Numbered from the stretch's first letter, positions 33,201 through 49,347 are shown. The stretch: DNA of 64,000 bases from Podarcis muralis (GCF_964188315.1 NC_135673.1:50406001-50470000); one strand, 5' to 3'. The notes: generated by a model not told the origin, from the sequence alone. Made by a program: numbers and translations.

Positions 33201-36200
33201 TTTTACCCCCCCCCCCCGGAATGGGCTTACCTTGGACCACCACGTCTGGCTTGGGGACAGTCGAGAAGCGCCGGTTGAGAGGATCAATTTCGCCCGGCGC
33301 CAGGAAGCCCTAAGGAGGGGGGGGAGACGGGTTTGATTCCGGAGCAGGATCCTGAACCTGGGACCCCGGGCACCCAAGGGTGCTCACCTCGGAAAGGAGG
33401 CACCCCAAGATGTACAAGGACTGGCCCCACATCAACGGCAGCTTCCCCATCGGAACCCGGTCCACCGTGTGAGGGTTTTGGCATTCCTCGTCGACCTGCA
33501 GGGAGAGAAGGTTGTGGGTTCTAGAAATGGGAACCCAGACGGCAGACCCCCCCCCCAAATAAAACCGCTCACCTTGTCCGATGGGACGCTGTAGAGTTCT
33601 GGGATCAAGCGGATCCCGTCCTTCCCCTTGATGAGGATGCCTTCCAGGGCTTCCCGGTACTCCTGGACCTTTGGACAGACATGCATCAATCAGGGAATCG
33701 GAATTTGAACCCTGAACCCAACCTGGGTCATCAAACCCCCCCCCCCAACCTGCTCGTCATTGCCACGAAAGATTCCATCAATCAGCAGGTAGGTCCAAAA
33801 GAGTGGCCACTCGCACTCGATACTCTCGAAAAGCTTCAGCTCGGAGGGTTCGTAGTAGAGGCGTTGGGGGTCCTGGGAAAATAAGAAAATAAATAAGTTA
33901 AAGTAAAGAAATAAATATAAAAATGAAATGAACAAATAAAATAAAAACTAAAAACAAACAAAATTAAAATTGAAAAACATAAAATAACAAAACAAAACAG
34001 AACAGAACAAAACTCACCTCTTTGGGAGTCCGGTAGCCATCGCGGAGGAACCGGCAACAACCATAGCGACCCTTTGGAAGAGGAGGAAGGGGAAACTGCT
34101 TTACAAATAATTTTTACTGATTTTTCCCAATGTGACTTTTTAAAAAAGAAATGAGAAAATGATTAATTTTTAAAGAAAAAAATAAAAAATTATTTGTTTT
34201 CTTTTTTTTTCCCTTAAAAAAAAATACATCTCCCCCCCCCCCAATCTGATTTCCCCCCAATTTTCCCCCAGAAAAATTCTTTGATTTTTGGGGGGAGAAA
34301 TTTCATTTTCTTTGAATGCTTTTTTTGCCTGAGAAGAATTAATTGTTTTGAGAAATCCTTATTGTTTCCAAATGATTTCGGCCATTCCAAAAAAAAAAAC
34401 TCTGAATCTTTACTGAAAATTAATTTTAAAAAATCAATTCCCCCCCCCCGAAAATTCTTTGAATCCTTTTTATTCCCCCAGGAAATGGAATATTTTTTGA
34501 AAATTTTTGCCTGCAGCTTGTCGATGATTTCCTGCTTGGTTTTCTCCACCACCTCAGTGTCCTCGACGGCAAAGGCTGGGTACGAGATGATGGACAGGAG
34601 GCTGGCGTCAATCTCCTTGGAAGCCGACGCCCTCGGCAGCATCGAATGGAGGATGGACTGCAGGGAGAGGCAGACAAATCATAGAGCACCATCCTAGAAG
34701 GGTCATCTGGTCTAACCCCCTCAAGAAAAGGGAGACCAGGAAAGCAGGATGCAATCATAGAGCCAGAAGAGACCCGAGGGCCACCAAATTTCAAGGCTAA
34801 TTTCAAATTGTGAAAGTGAGTTTAAAATTTTTAACTTTTAATGTTAATTTAAAATTTTTAATGTTTTCAATTTCAAAGTTCCCATGTTAGTTTTAAATTT
34901 AATTTTTTTAATGTTAATTTAAAATGTTAATTTATTTTTTCTTTATTTTAAATTTTAAATGTTAATTTTAAGTTTTATTTTAAAATTTTAATGTTAATAA
35001 TTTTGTTTGATGCCATTTTTTTGTTAATTGTTCCATTTTCCTTGTTAATTTAAAATTGTAAAGTTTCAATGTCCATTTAAAATTTCCATTTCTATTCAAT
35101 TTCAATTTTCAATTTTAAAAGTCTCGGGCATCCGGGACGGGTGGCCCTGCAAGCTCTGCATTCAAAACAAACACCCTGAGGAGGAGGCTACCTAGAACCC
35201 TCTGGATCTTAATTTTGGGAATTTGGGGGAGAGTGTTGGTCGCAATTTTTCTTGATTTGTCTCAGAGTGGTTACTATCGTGGTTTCCTTGCCGGGGAGGA
35301 GGGAGAGACGCAGAGCCTGCTTGTTTTAAAGGAGCAAAGCCGGAGAGGAGCCTCTCCTGCATTATTAGCAGCATCCTTCTCCACACACCCCACGCGTGCT
35401 GCTTGTCCCTTGAGTGCTTTTCCTTCCCTCCCCACTTAAAATGTGGTTACAAAGCACGGATCCACATGGATCCTCAGGATTTTTGCACTGGGTCACCCCA
35501 AACTCACCGTCAGATCACATGTCTGTGGCCACAGCATGAACCACAAAAAAACATACATCCACTGTTTCGTTTAGAATACCTTTTTCTTGTTTTCCTCCTC
35601 TAAAAACTACGTGCGTGTTATGGTCAGATGCGTGTTACAGAGCGAAAAATACGGTATTTCGGTAACTCAACCCCCCGCCAAACCCAGGTCTGTACCAGGC
35701 AGTGCTGCACCTCGTCCGACAACACATGGATCACTGATTGGGGGCTTCCGTTGGCCCCGAAGAGGTCCAGCTCGTCCAAGGCCTCCAGGGCCGCCTGCAG
35801 AGGGAGAAAGAGCACCCATGGATGAGCACCCATGCTTAGGCACCCCTGAGTGGGCACCTGATCCCGCCTCGCCCCGTGCCCCTCACCTTGGCCATGCCGA
35901 CTGAGCTGGCGTTAAGCTCTGTGATGCCCCGGTTAGTCTTGTCGCCACGTTCCCAGATCCCGAAATCCTGCCCCACAAAAAACATGGGTTATTATTATTA
36001 TTGGGGGTATTAGGGGCTACTGTTTTTATTATTGCTATTACTAGCAGCTATTATGATCCTGAGTTCGGATTATGGACTTATTATTTTTATGAGGAATTCT
36101 TCTGAGGGGTGTTTGTTATTCTTAGGGGTTTGTTATTCTTATTTGGTTGACCATTTTTATTAGGGGTTATTATTATTGATATTATTAGGAGTTACAGTAG

Positions 36201-39200
36201 TACCTCGGGTTACAGATGCTTCAGGTTACAGACTCCGCTAACCCAGAAATAGTACCTCAGGTTAAGAATTTTGCTTCAGGATGAGAACAGAAATCGTGCT
36301 CTGGCGGTGCAGTGGCAGCAGGAGGCCCCATTAGCTAAAGTGGTGCTTCAGGTTAAGAACAGTTTCAGGTTAAGAACGGACCTCCAGAACGAATTAAGTT
36401 CTTAACCTGAGGTACCACTGTATTACGATCATGGGTTCCTATAATTTTTTATTTTTTAGTGGGTTTATTCTTCTTAGGTTTGTTACTCATAGGGGTTATT
36501 ATTATTGTGGTTTATTAGGAGTGACTGTTTTTATTAGGGGATATTATTATTGCTATTATTAGGGACTTATTACAATCATGGGTTCGGATCAAGCGTTTAT
36601 TATTTTTATTAGGGGTTCTTCTTCTTAGGTGTGATTCTTTGGGGTTTCTTATTCTGTGGGGTTATTATTCTTATTAGGGGCAATTATTATTGCTATTATT
36701 AGGGGTTATTATTTTATGGGTTATTTTTATTATTTTATTGGTTATTTTATGGGTTATTCTTATGGCTTATTATTATCATCGGTTATTATGGGTTATCTTT
36801 ATTATGGATTAGTACTAGGGGTTATTATTTTTTATGGATTACTAATATGGGTTATTATTCTTATGAGGTATTATTCTTATATTATTCTTATTAGGGGTTA
36901 AAATTTTTAATTAGGGGTTATTTTTCTTGCTATTATTAGGAGTTATTATGATCACGGGCTCGGATTAAGGGTCTATTATTTTTATTATGATTTATTTTTA
37001 TGGGTTGTTCTTATGGCTGATTATTATTATTATGTGTTAGTATTAAAGGTTATTACTTTCATGGATTCCTACTATGGTTTATTATGCTAATAGGTTGTTC
37101 TTAGGGGCTTTTATTCTAATGGGTAATTTTTATTTATAATTTTTATTATGGGTTGTTATTATGGGTTATTTTTATGGATTATTTTTTTTATTAAGGATTA
37201 TTCTTACAGCTTAATATTATCATGGTTGTTATGTTTTTTATGGGTTAGTATTAGGGGTTGTTATTTTTACAGATTCCTATTATGGGTTTGTTATTCTGAA
37301 CGGTTCTTATCATAATGGGTTCTTATCGGTTTCTATTTTTATTGTGATTATTTTTCTCAGGGGCTGCACTCGGCGCCACCCTCCCCAACCCACCGCCGTT
37401 TTATACGCTGCTTCTATGTAGAAAACCAGGTTTTGCACGAAGTTGACTTCATCCAGGCTGTGGACGATATGCAGCCCTGCAAAAAGAAAGGTAATAATAG
37501 AATNNNNNNNNNNNNNNNNNNNNNNNNNNNNNNNNNNNNNNNNNNNNNNNNNNNNNNNNNNNNNNNNNNNNNNNNNNNNNNNNNNNNNNNNNNNNNNNNN
37601 NNNNNNNNNNNNNNNNNNNNNNNNNNNNNNNNNNNNNNNNNNNNNNNNNNNNNNNNNNNNNNNNNNNNNNNNNNNNNNNNNNNNNNNNNNNNNNNNNNNN
37701 NNNNNTAAAAACCAAACCAAACAATAGTAATAANNNNNNNNNNNNNNNNNNNNNNNNNNNNNNNNNNNNNNNNNNNNNNNNNNNNNNNNNNNNNNNNNNN
37801 NNNNNNNNNNNNNNNNNNNNNNNNNNNNNNNNNNNNNNNNNNNNNNNNNNNNNNNNNNNNNNCCTGATGCCGTCATCTGGGCCAGCATTAGGAGGTACAA
37901 GGAGGTGGCGTCCAGTTGCAAGTGACCCCACTGGTCGTCACCGACGACGGTGGCGCAGGTTCCGGGTGCGAATTTGGCATGCAGAGCATCGCGGGGGCTC
38001 TGGGTATATTTAAAGGTCTCCACTTTGTCCACCTGGAAGAAAAATGGGACATCTAACCTGACCCCAAATATCAGCTCTGGGAAATGCTGGGAAAACCTCC
38101 CTGTGTGGTCCATAAAATGGCAGGGAATTGAGGGATGGGACACCCCAGTGGTCATTTAGCCGGACCCCGAATATCAGATCCGGGAAATGTTGCAAAAACA
38201 TGGGAAGGTACACCTAGCGGTCATCAAGCCAGACCCCCTACCTGTCTCATCATGCACTGCAGCAGGCCTCGCATCAGCTTGACCACACTCTGCGGGGAGA
38301 AGAAAAACGCCGCTGTAAACTCCAAACTTGAACTCGGGACGAACAACTCCAAAGCTCCTCCAACCCAGGCCCGAGGCCAGGGGTTCGAATTGCCGACCTG
38401 GAGATCCGCAGCCAATAGAGTTTGTTTGTCTGTATCTCGTTTTTTCCGCTCTGCTTTTCGACTTGGCATTTCAGGTATTCGGCCTAGGAATCGGGTTTCG
38501 ATCTCGCCCACACCCCCGCCCCGGGGTCATGTCAGGACAGGTCGAAAACAGCTGCCCCGGCTGCGAGGCGCTGCGGCTCTCAGGTTACAGCGCGAGGTAG
38601 GGAGATGTATTGCCAGCAAGGAGGACCCAAAAGAGGATTCCCAAGAAGGGTGCTTCCCCACCCCAGGGTCGGGGGGAAGGGAAAAGCCAGTCTTTTGGGG
38701 AATGGGTTTTTGGGTTGTGGGTGCGAGTTCTTTACCCGCCAGGAAGCCTTCAGGCCAGAGGGGCGGCAGCCTACCAATATGCTCGGCGCCTTGGAAAATA
38801 TTATTTTAATTTCATTTCATTTTCATTTTCACTTTGTTATTGTGTTCTATCTTATTGTATTGTATTTTTCTTTTCTTTTAATTTTCTTTCCATTTCTCTC
38901 GTCCTAATTTAATTTATTATTGTATTTTTTATTGTATTTTATTTTATCTTATTATTATTATTTTATTTTTACTTAATTATTATATTCCATTTCTATCTTA
39001 TTGGACTTTATTACATTATATTATTTCATTTTTCTCTTGTCTTTTAATTTCTATTTTTTTCTGTTATTTTTTCTTTTCTTTTTTTCTTTTCATTTAATTT
39101 CTTTTTCCCCCTGTTATTTTTTCTTTTTTTCTTTTCATTTAATTTCTTTCCTTTCCATGTTATTTTCTTTTCATTTCCTTTATCTTAATTTCTTTCCTTT

Positions 39201-41292
39201 CCTTTCAATTTATTTATTTTCATTTTTTCTTTTATTTTAATTTCTTTCCCTCCCTATTTTATTTTATATTATTTTATTTTATATTATTTTCCAACTTTGC
39301 CCTAGTTACCTGCTCCAGCTCATACGCCTTGGCCTTGTCCTCGTCGCGGTCAGCATTCTTGCGGTAAGCCAATCCCAGCGCCCAAACTGCCAGGACGCTG
39401 TAGACATTGTCGCGGACCCAGGCGTCCGGGTGGTCAGCGCTGGCTGGCAGCAGGCCCGTCACGGGGTTCTGCAGAGAGATGGGCCTGTTGAACACCTGCC
39501 TGCTTGCACACCCTGTAAAAAGCCCTGTTGAATATCTGCCTGCCTACCAGACATTTCCATGCCTTCAAACCCTTTAAAAAAAACCTACTGCTCCACCTGT
39601 TGAACTTCAACTGCTTGGGTGCCGGACATTTCCATACCTGTCCGTCGTACAAAAAGCCACCGTCTGCTGCTCTGACTTGAACTCCTGCCTGCCTGCCTGC
39701 TGAACATTTCCATGCCTTCACACAATGCAAAAGGCCGTTTGCTGCTCCACCTGTTAAACTTTTGTCTGCCTAGGTGCTGAACATTCCCATATGCCTTCAT
39801 GTCCTGCAAAAAGCGCTGTCCAACTGCTTCCATGCTGAACATTCCCATGCCTTCCCATCCTGCAAAAAGCCCGTCTTTGCCACTCCGCCTGTTGAACGTG
39901 CCGAACATTTCCATGCCTGTAAGCCCTGCAAAAAGCCTCATCTGTCGCTCCACCTGTTGAACTCCCATCTGCCTGCACATCCTGAAATTTCGCTCATCCA
40001 CCTCTCCACTTGTAAATCCTGCCTGCTTACTCATCCTTGAAAATGCCCCATCCACAGCTCCACCCGTTGAAATTCTGTCTGCCTGTTGAACATTTCCATG
40101 GCTTCATGCACTGCAAAAAGCCCTAGTCTGCCGCTCCACCTGTCAAACTCCCATCTGCCTGCACACTGAGCATTTCCATACCTGTCACCCACTGCTCTGC
40201 CTGTTGAACATCCGCCTGCCTGCATGCTGAACATTTCCAAAGTCTTCCCGCCCTGCAAAAAGGCCCCATCCGCTGCTCCACCGGATGACCTCCCGCCTGC
40301 CCTCACACAATGCAAAAAGCCCTGTCCGCCACTCCACCTGTTGAACTCCCGTCTGTGTGCAAACCCTGAAAAAGCCCTCATATGCCACTTCACCTGTTAA
40401 ACTTCCACCTGCATATGTGCTGAACATTTCCATATGTTTACGCCCAGCAAAAAAACCCATCCACTGCTAAACCTGTTTAACTCCCGTCTGCCTACTCACC
40501 CTAGAAAATGCCCCATCTGCTGCTCCAGCTCTTGAACTTCTGCCTGCCTGTGTGCTGAACATTCCCATGCCTGCCCATACTTGAAAAAGCCTCATCTGTT
40601 GCTGCACCTGTTGAACTCCCACCTGCCTGCACACCCTGAAAAATCCCTCATCCGCTGCTCTACCTGTAACTCCCGCCTGCCTACTTGTCCTAGAAAATGC
40701 CCCATCTGCTGCTCCGCCTGTTGAATTTCTGCCTGCCTCCATTCAGAACATTTCCATGGCTTCATGCACTGCAAAAAACCTCACCCATAGTTCCACCTGT
40801 TGAACTTCAGCCTGCCTGTGTTCTGGATTTTCATTCCAACCCCCACCCACTGCTTCATCTGTTGGGCTCCCGCCTGCCTGCAAAAAACCCACCCACCTGC
40901 TGAACTTCCGGCCTGCACCCCGAACATTTCCATGCCTGTATTCAAGGCAAAAAAGACCCGTCCGCCGCTCTACCTGTTGAACTCCTTCTTGCCTGCAAAA
41001 AAGCCAACCACTGCTCCGCCTATTGAATTCCCGCCTGACTCAAAAACACCCACCCACCTGTTGAACTTCCGCTGGCTTTCAGGCCGAACATTTCCACGCC
41101 TGCATTCAAGGCAAAAAAGCTCTGTTCGCTGCACCACCTGTTGAACTCCCACCTGCCCGCCTACACCCCAAACCCTACGCTCCGCTCCATCCGTTGAACC
41201 TCCGCCTGCCTGACCTGGTGCCCGAGGATCGTTTTCTGAACGAGGCGGGCATAGCCGTCCAAGCGGACCCCAGAATTGCTCCTGCTCCGCAT
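14621..41292 (-). CDS. PHKA1: Phosphorylase b kinase regulatory subunit alpha, muscle isoform (30 exons, 1158 aa)
   Basis: Exons (- strand, 5'->3'): 41292-41215, 39468-39310, 38289-38242, 38032-37864, 37476-37394, 35967-35887, 35794-35696, 34657-34511, 34071-34018, 33872-33750, 33668-33573, 33495-33388, 33309-33231, 24990-24856, 24239-24130, 23861-23717, 21486-21408, 21199-21120, 20566-20390, 20310-20228, 19837-19701, 19385-19229, 19107-19028, 17792-17714, 17499-17370, 16625-16524, 16436-16207, 15836-15783, 15339-15139, 14794-14621. Sum 3477 nt, open frame from [18 protein letters not shown] to the CaaX ending CSMQ*. The exon 4 donor falls in an N gap; intron 8 has a GC donor. PHKA1 rather than PHKA2 is inferred from residues and linkage to RPS4X. 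Confidence 0.93.
15900..16200. repeat. Degenerate intronic tandem repeat (CACTC/CACAC-CAGATT modules)
   Basis: CAGATTC/CAGATTT recurs about every 15-25 bp through the intron between PHKA1 exons 27 and 28. Confidence 0.65.
16640..17140 (+). repeat. Polypurine (GA-rich) low-complexity tract
   Basis: About 500 bp almost entirely A/G on the + strand; a similar tract lies at 1700-2120. Confidence 0.9.
24376..24465 (+). mobile_element. BovB/RTE LINE 3' end fragment
   Basis: GGCAGTGGAAGACAGGAGTGCCTGGCGTGCTCTGGTCCATGGGGTCACGAAGAGTCGGACACGACT followed by a (CAA)n tail. The same tail occurs at about 43003-43080 and 56790-56872. Confidence 0.8.
26313..30053 (-). CDS. L1 ORF2p: APE endonuclease + reverse transcriptase + CCHC (1246 aa, intact)
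   Basis: EN motifs SWNIHG, LQETH, GDMN and SDH; RT motifs [21 protein letters not shown] and FADD; C-terminal CWKC..HLWWTC. No stop codons. Confidence 0.96.
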   Translation of the reverse strand: MSLQLFSWNIHGANSPEKRKRIFHILRKEQLDVICLQETHVTRLHRRVLINKRLGQEFISSDKVKKRGVVIYAKESLAPKFVFKDEQGRILAIEIQSQGEKFLIVGIYAPNEGKSEFYKKLHEIMLDHVDYNNIILMGDMNGVVSTHMDKSQNQNLTKDGRLPKTFFELTDNMDLIDIWRIKNPLGKEGTFFSEAHLSWTRIDQIWISRGLAPKTKKIEICPKTCSDHNALKIDLRLTPAGSFRWRMNDSLFRDQEIVKKAQKTMKDYFEINLNTSVEKKTIWDASKAVMRGFLIQQNTIRKKFWNGKKDKILEKIKDGERRLRLNPKSKEVLREIKLHQAQYAKLINQEVEWKIKQMRQRSFESANKCGKLLSWQLKRRQKLNFVTNLEVEGECIQKPEEIRKCFQRYFKKLFTQGPQVETDINKFLKSYGLEKLTQDKQTTLNYKITQQEIESSIQNMQLGKSPGPDGLTSKYYKTLKEYLTQPLMEVCNQIMEGKGAPESWKEAFITLIPKLESEKTQLKNYRPISLLNVDYKIFADILANRLKKVLNEVIHKDQAGFLPGRHLSDNTRNIVDVLELLQTNLNTKAVLIFIDAEKAFDNISWKFMKKNLEGMGVGRAFQNGIEAIYSEQKAKLIVNNVVTEEFKIEKGTRQGCPLSPLLFISVLEVLLNLIRKDQRVEGIQVGGKQYKLKAFADDLVLTLQEPEPSTKRALELIHEFGRVAGFKLNKQKTKVLAKNLTPLEIEGFQKETELNVVKKVKYLGVNLTGKNLNLFKDNYEKCWSEIKKDLEIWSRLKLSLLGRIAAVKMNVLPRMLFLFQALQIVDRVECFGKWQRDIMKFVWQGKKPRIKFKILTDAKERGGFALPDLRLYYEAASFCWMKDWFLLENTDVLDLEGFNNAFGWHAYLWYDKVKSHKLFKNHIVRKSLFTVWIKYKDLLENKTPRWLSPMEAKATKILNMGGGWAKYCEIIEKVGDTWRLQSFEKLKGKVRDWFHYAQILETFKKDKKIGFQVEKSKLESELLEPKTKVLSRMYNLLLKWNTQDETVKSAMIKWAQDIGYNIMFEDWERLWTTGMKFTACSALKENIMKMMYRWYMTPVKLAKIYHLSDNKCWKCKEAEGTFFHLWWTCPRVKAFWEMIYNELKKVFKYTFHKKPEAFLLGIVGQRVLKKDRTFFLYATTAAGILIAKYWKAQELPTLEEWHTQLMDYMELAEMTGRIRDLGEEAVEEDWKKFKDYLQKHFKLYEC
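30097..31101 (-). CDS. L1 ORF1p (334 aa, intact)
   Basis: ATG start, coiled coil, RRM-start motif [20 protein letters not shown], and C-terminal YRWEFPQGL; located directly upstream of ORF2. Confidence 0.9.
   Translation of the reverse strand: MSGAGKTRAGKKAKQAELVQLTLPVQQRRSSVPIVTGLQEGQLKQPVLEDMAAGGLDPISKEILDQLAALNKKADEQAAKFDQVTATINKLTDQVAQNTQAIGNIEKTTTENRKLAEEASAKADQNKKRIEELRGEVRPLSRQVTEQQAYLSMAELKNRESNLRLRNIPELEKEDLTGFLTAEISKFWGLAEEKDFKIVTAFRLGRVAKKDKPRDCLIILRSKQEKDNILGLHFKNSLVIQGKTAEIFRDIPKQLLDLRITYKDLARLLRNNTIPYRWEFPQGLSFNWKEKKVRIRTAKEQEKFLNDHGEDLRKGTAGTWPPPPRLVKKTHLQK
32480..32517 (-). ncRNA. Minimal type I hammerhead ribozyme motif (- copy, sense in PHKA1 pre-mRNA)
   Basis: Exact reverse complement of the + copy (GTATGAGCTTTCGTGTGCATGCACACTTCTTCAGATAC on +). 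Confidence 0.72.
32530..32567 (+). ncRNA. Minimal type I hammerhead ribozyme motif (+ copy)
   Basis: GTAT-CTGAAGA-A-GTGTGC-AT-GCACAC-GAAA-GC-TC-ATAC: helix I GTAT/ATAC, CUGANGA core, 6-bp helix II, GAAA, ultra-short palindromic helix III (AGCT), predicted cleavage after C32563. Confidence 0.72.
32692..33030. mobile_element. Tc1/mariner-pogo (Tigger-like) MITE, family A
   Basis: TA | CAGTGGTACCTCGCAAGACGAA ... TTCGTCTTGCGAGGCACCACTG | TA. Same family at 58661-58939 (complete) and 49490-49625 (partial). Confidence 0.85.
36195..36420. mobile_element. Tc1/mariner-pogo (Tigger-like) MITE, family B
   Basis: TA | CAGTAGTACCTCGGGTTA ... TTAACCTGAGGTACCACTG | TA. Close copies at 53359-53557 and about 62893-63134. 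Confidence 0.85.
37504..37862. other. Assembly gaps (37504-37705 and 37734-37862) in PHKA1 intron 4
   Basis: N runs seen directly; the second covers the exon 4 donor. Confidence 1.
39480..41200. repeat. Degenerate modular tandem repeat filling PHKA1 intron 1
   Basis: Repeated modules CCACCTGTTGAACTCC, GCCTGCCTG, TGAACATTTCCATGCC and TGCAAAAAGCCC run from the exon 2 acceptor to the exon 1 donor. Confidence 0.85.
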
Positions 41293-41720
41293 GACTCTCT
41301 CGAGCTGCTCTGGAGCCCAGCTGGTGCGTCAACGTAACCAACCTCTCCTGGCCCCGCCTACTTAACCCCTCCTCTGCAGACACCGAACTCCCGATCCACC
41401 CGCTCTATACGACGCTGCCCAGCAGAAAAGGGGTTAAACCGCCTCTTGCCGACCCTGGCAGCGCGGTAGCCCAAGAGACCGAAACCCTTACAAAAAAAAA
41501 AAAAAGCGGGGCTCAGACTAATCCCCGGGAGCCGCTCCACCAGAAGAAGCGGGGCTTCTGCGCCGAATCCTCATCTCCGCCCCGCCCCGGTCATCGGAGT
41601 GTGGACTAGCGCCCTGCCAGGACCTGCACCCGGCGTCTCCGGATAGCTCCCATTATACTGAGCGGTTTGGCCTGGAGCGCTTCGGGAAAGGCGTTCAACC
41701 TTGCGGGCAGAGAAGGAACT
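41200..41720 (-). promoter_or_regulatory. PHKA1 CpG-island promoter / 5' UTR
   Basis: CpG-rich region around and upstream of the ATG at 41292, with GC boxes (CCGCCCGCCCC at about 41577). Confidence 0.65.
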
Positions 41721-41959
41721 GCGTCTACTCCTTCGTGTTTTCTTACTAGTTTTTTTTTGTTATTATTGCTTTCTTCCTAATAATTATAAGAAAACAATCA
41801 TAATAACGCTTTCTCCCTCTTTTTATTATTTTCTTCTTAAGTTGCTTTAATATTAGTATTGCTTTCTTCTTAATAAGCAATTTTTCTTTTTGCTGCTTTG
41901 TTTTCTTTCTATTCTTTCCTTCTTACTGATACTACTACTACTACTACTACTACTACTAA

Positions 41960-42390
41960 ATTTTTATTTATACCCCACCCTCCCCAGCCAAGACCGGGCT
42001 CAGGGCGGCTAAAAACCAATAATAAAAACAAGTTGATGAAAATACAATTTAAAAGATTAAGATACAACATTAAAACAATTAGGGAGCAATCTCATCATAG
42101 GGGGAGAAAGGAAAAAGAAAAAGGGGGAGGGAATCAAACTGATTCTGAGCCAAAGGCTCAGAAAGAGATCAGATCCCGCAGGGCCCTGGTCTCAAGAGAC
42201 AAAGCATTCCACCAGGCTGGAGCCAGTGTTGAGAAGGCCCTGGCTCTGGTTGAGGCTAATCTAACTTCCTTAGGGCCCGGGACCTCTAGGGTGTTGCTAT
42301 ATATGGACCTTAAGGTCCTCTGTGGGGCATACCAGGAGAGGCGGTCCCGTAGGTACGAGGGTCCTAGGCCGAGGAGGGCTTTAAGAGCCT
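41960..42390 (-). mobile_element. LINE 3' fragment (L2-like) with (TAG/AAT)n tail
   Basis: Shares sequence (GGACCTTAAGGTCC, GAGCCAGGGCC, AGCCCGGCCTTGGCTGGGGAGGGCG..ATAAATAAA) with 49626-49718 plus 51082-51470 and with the tail at about 18340-18420. Clade assignment is from memory. Confidence 0.6.
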
Positions 42391-43494
42391 TTCACATTTT
42401 CTTCCTATTATTGCTTTCTTAATAAGCAATAACACTTATTGCTTTATTATTACTGCTTTTTTCTTATTATTGCTTTCTTATTGTTAAGAAGGAAGCAATA
42501 AGAAAGCAGCACTAAGAAGGAACAATTAAGAAAGCATTATTATTATTGCTTTTATTATTATTAAGAAAAAAGCAATAATAATAATGATTTCTTCTTACTG
42601 CTCCTTTCTTCTTCTTAGTATTGTATGGCTTTCTTATTCCTTCCTTCTTAACAGTAAGAAAGCAATAACCCACCATGATGGGCAGAGATGGGACCCAAGG
42701 TTCATCTATCCCAACCCGCTGAAATGCAGGAACTGCAGCATAGAATAGGCAGAGTCAGCTAGTCAGGAGAAATGCCCTGGAAATGCCACTTATATTTAGC
42801 CTGCCACTTATATTTCGGTCTCAGGTTCGGATTTAGATCAGAGCAAGGAGTCCCTCCAAAAGGCATTGGCGGCTGTCACTTGATATTCCTCTCTCTCTAA
42901 GGGCCACCCCTGGAGCTGTCACTTGATATTCAGCTCCCTTCCCTGTGACTCAAAAGGCCTTTTTGTTGGCTGCTAATAACTGCATTTTGACCAAACTGCG
43001 GGAGGCAGTGGAAGACAGGAGTGCCTGCCGTACTTTAGTCCATGGGGTCATGAAGAGTCAGACATGACTAAATGACAACAAATAATTACATTTGTTACTG
43101 TAAAAACTGCAACCGTTATTTGCGATAATAGCTGCAATCATTATTGTAATAATAACTGCAATAGTTATTGTAATAATAACTGCAATTATTGCAATAATGG
43201 CAACCATCATTGTAGTACTAATGGCGATCATTATTGCGATAATAATGGCAATCATTATTGTATGCAATTATTTTTTGTAATAATACCTGCCACCGTTATT
43301 ATAATAACTGTAACCGTTATTGTAATAATAATTGAAATTATTTTTCCAAGGGCCAAGTAGGAGCCGGCCCCAAATGTTTCCAGGTGGAAATAAGAATAAA
43401 GCCACTCAAGAGAAGAGGAGCCCCAGAGCCACATTGCAAGATGCTTTTATTGGCGAAAAAAATTTCTGCTTTCCTCATTCCTCCGCACACGTCT

Positions 43495-48011
<4,517 letters not shown>

Positions 48012-49347
48012 GGCTGCGGGCTCTCGACGCAAAAGGAGAGCGCTTCTGCCGGCCGGGGGTTATATATCCGGGTCGGAAAGGGCGGGGTGACGAAGCACAG
48101 CGCAGGTCGGGCTGTGGGCGGAGCCAGCCATTGGGCGCTTTTTCTCTACACCTGTTTTCTCCTCAGTGTTTCTCACACGCGAAGGAAGCTGGTAAGTTTT
48201 GTCGTGTTTTTAATGCTGTATTCTGATGGCTGGGGAATAGTAATAAATTATTATTATCATTACTTTTTAAATTATTATTTTTTAGTTATTATAATAAAAG
48301 GCTGAGTGGAGTTTGTAATATATATTGTTTTGTCGCGTTTTTAATATTCTGTTGGGAGCAGCCCACAGTGGCTGGGGAAGGATAATAAATTATGATTATC
48401 ATTAATTTTTAAATTGTTATCATTATTATAATTGTTATTCTTATAAAAGGGTTAGGGAAGTTTGTAGTATATTATGTTTTATCGTTTTTTTAAATATTCT
48501 GTTGGTGGCTGGGAAATAGTAATAAATTATCATTATCATTAAATGTTAAATTATTATTATTATTATAAATCACACCCACCCAAGTGGGACATGGCCTCTT
48601 CCCCCCTAAGCCTTAACAGTATAGTATTTTTATTTATTTGAATTGGGGCGGGGAAGCTCCCCCTGGCTACAGCAACTCCAGAGTAACTGGCTGTGAGTTC
48701 AGATCTCCATTGCTTTCCCCCTCAGGCCACCTTTGTGAGCCTAACCAAGGGTGACCAAGCAGTGTATTGAAAACTGTATCTGAAACAATGTATTGAAAAA
48801 ACTGTATCTGAAACAAAGTATTGTTCAGATGAACCACTTCTTTAAGCAGTGGTTTTGTAACCAGGCACCATATGTTTCGCTCCATAAGACGCACCTGACC
48901 ATAAAGACACACCTAGTTTTTAGAGGGGGAATACAAGAAAAAAATATTCTTTAAAGGGAGCGCTGAGCAGAGCCTGTATGCATCCCAGGCTCTGCTCAGC
49001 GCTCGCTTTAAAGAGCCACGCTGAGCGTGTGTGTGGCTCTTGCTGGCTTTTCCGGGAGGTGGGGGAAGGGACAGAGGGCAGCCCATCAGTTCCTTCCCCC
49101 ACCTACCAGAAAAGCCCCCAAGAGCCACGCTCCCTTTAAAGAGTCGCATGGAGCGTGTGTGTGGCTCTTGGGGAAAACCACATTTATTCCAGTTAGTCGT
49201 ATGATAGCTCATAGGGAAGGGAGGCTCCTTTCCCACTTTATTATTTCTTCCACTGCTATCTGTGCTTGACATATTATATGTCTGCTTTTACGTGGACCCC
49301 CTCTTTCCCTTCTTGTGAAAATAATCAACCCTACGGATATTTCTTAG

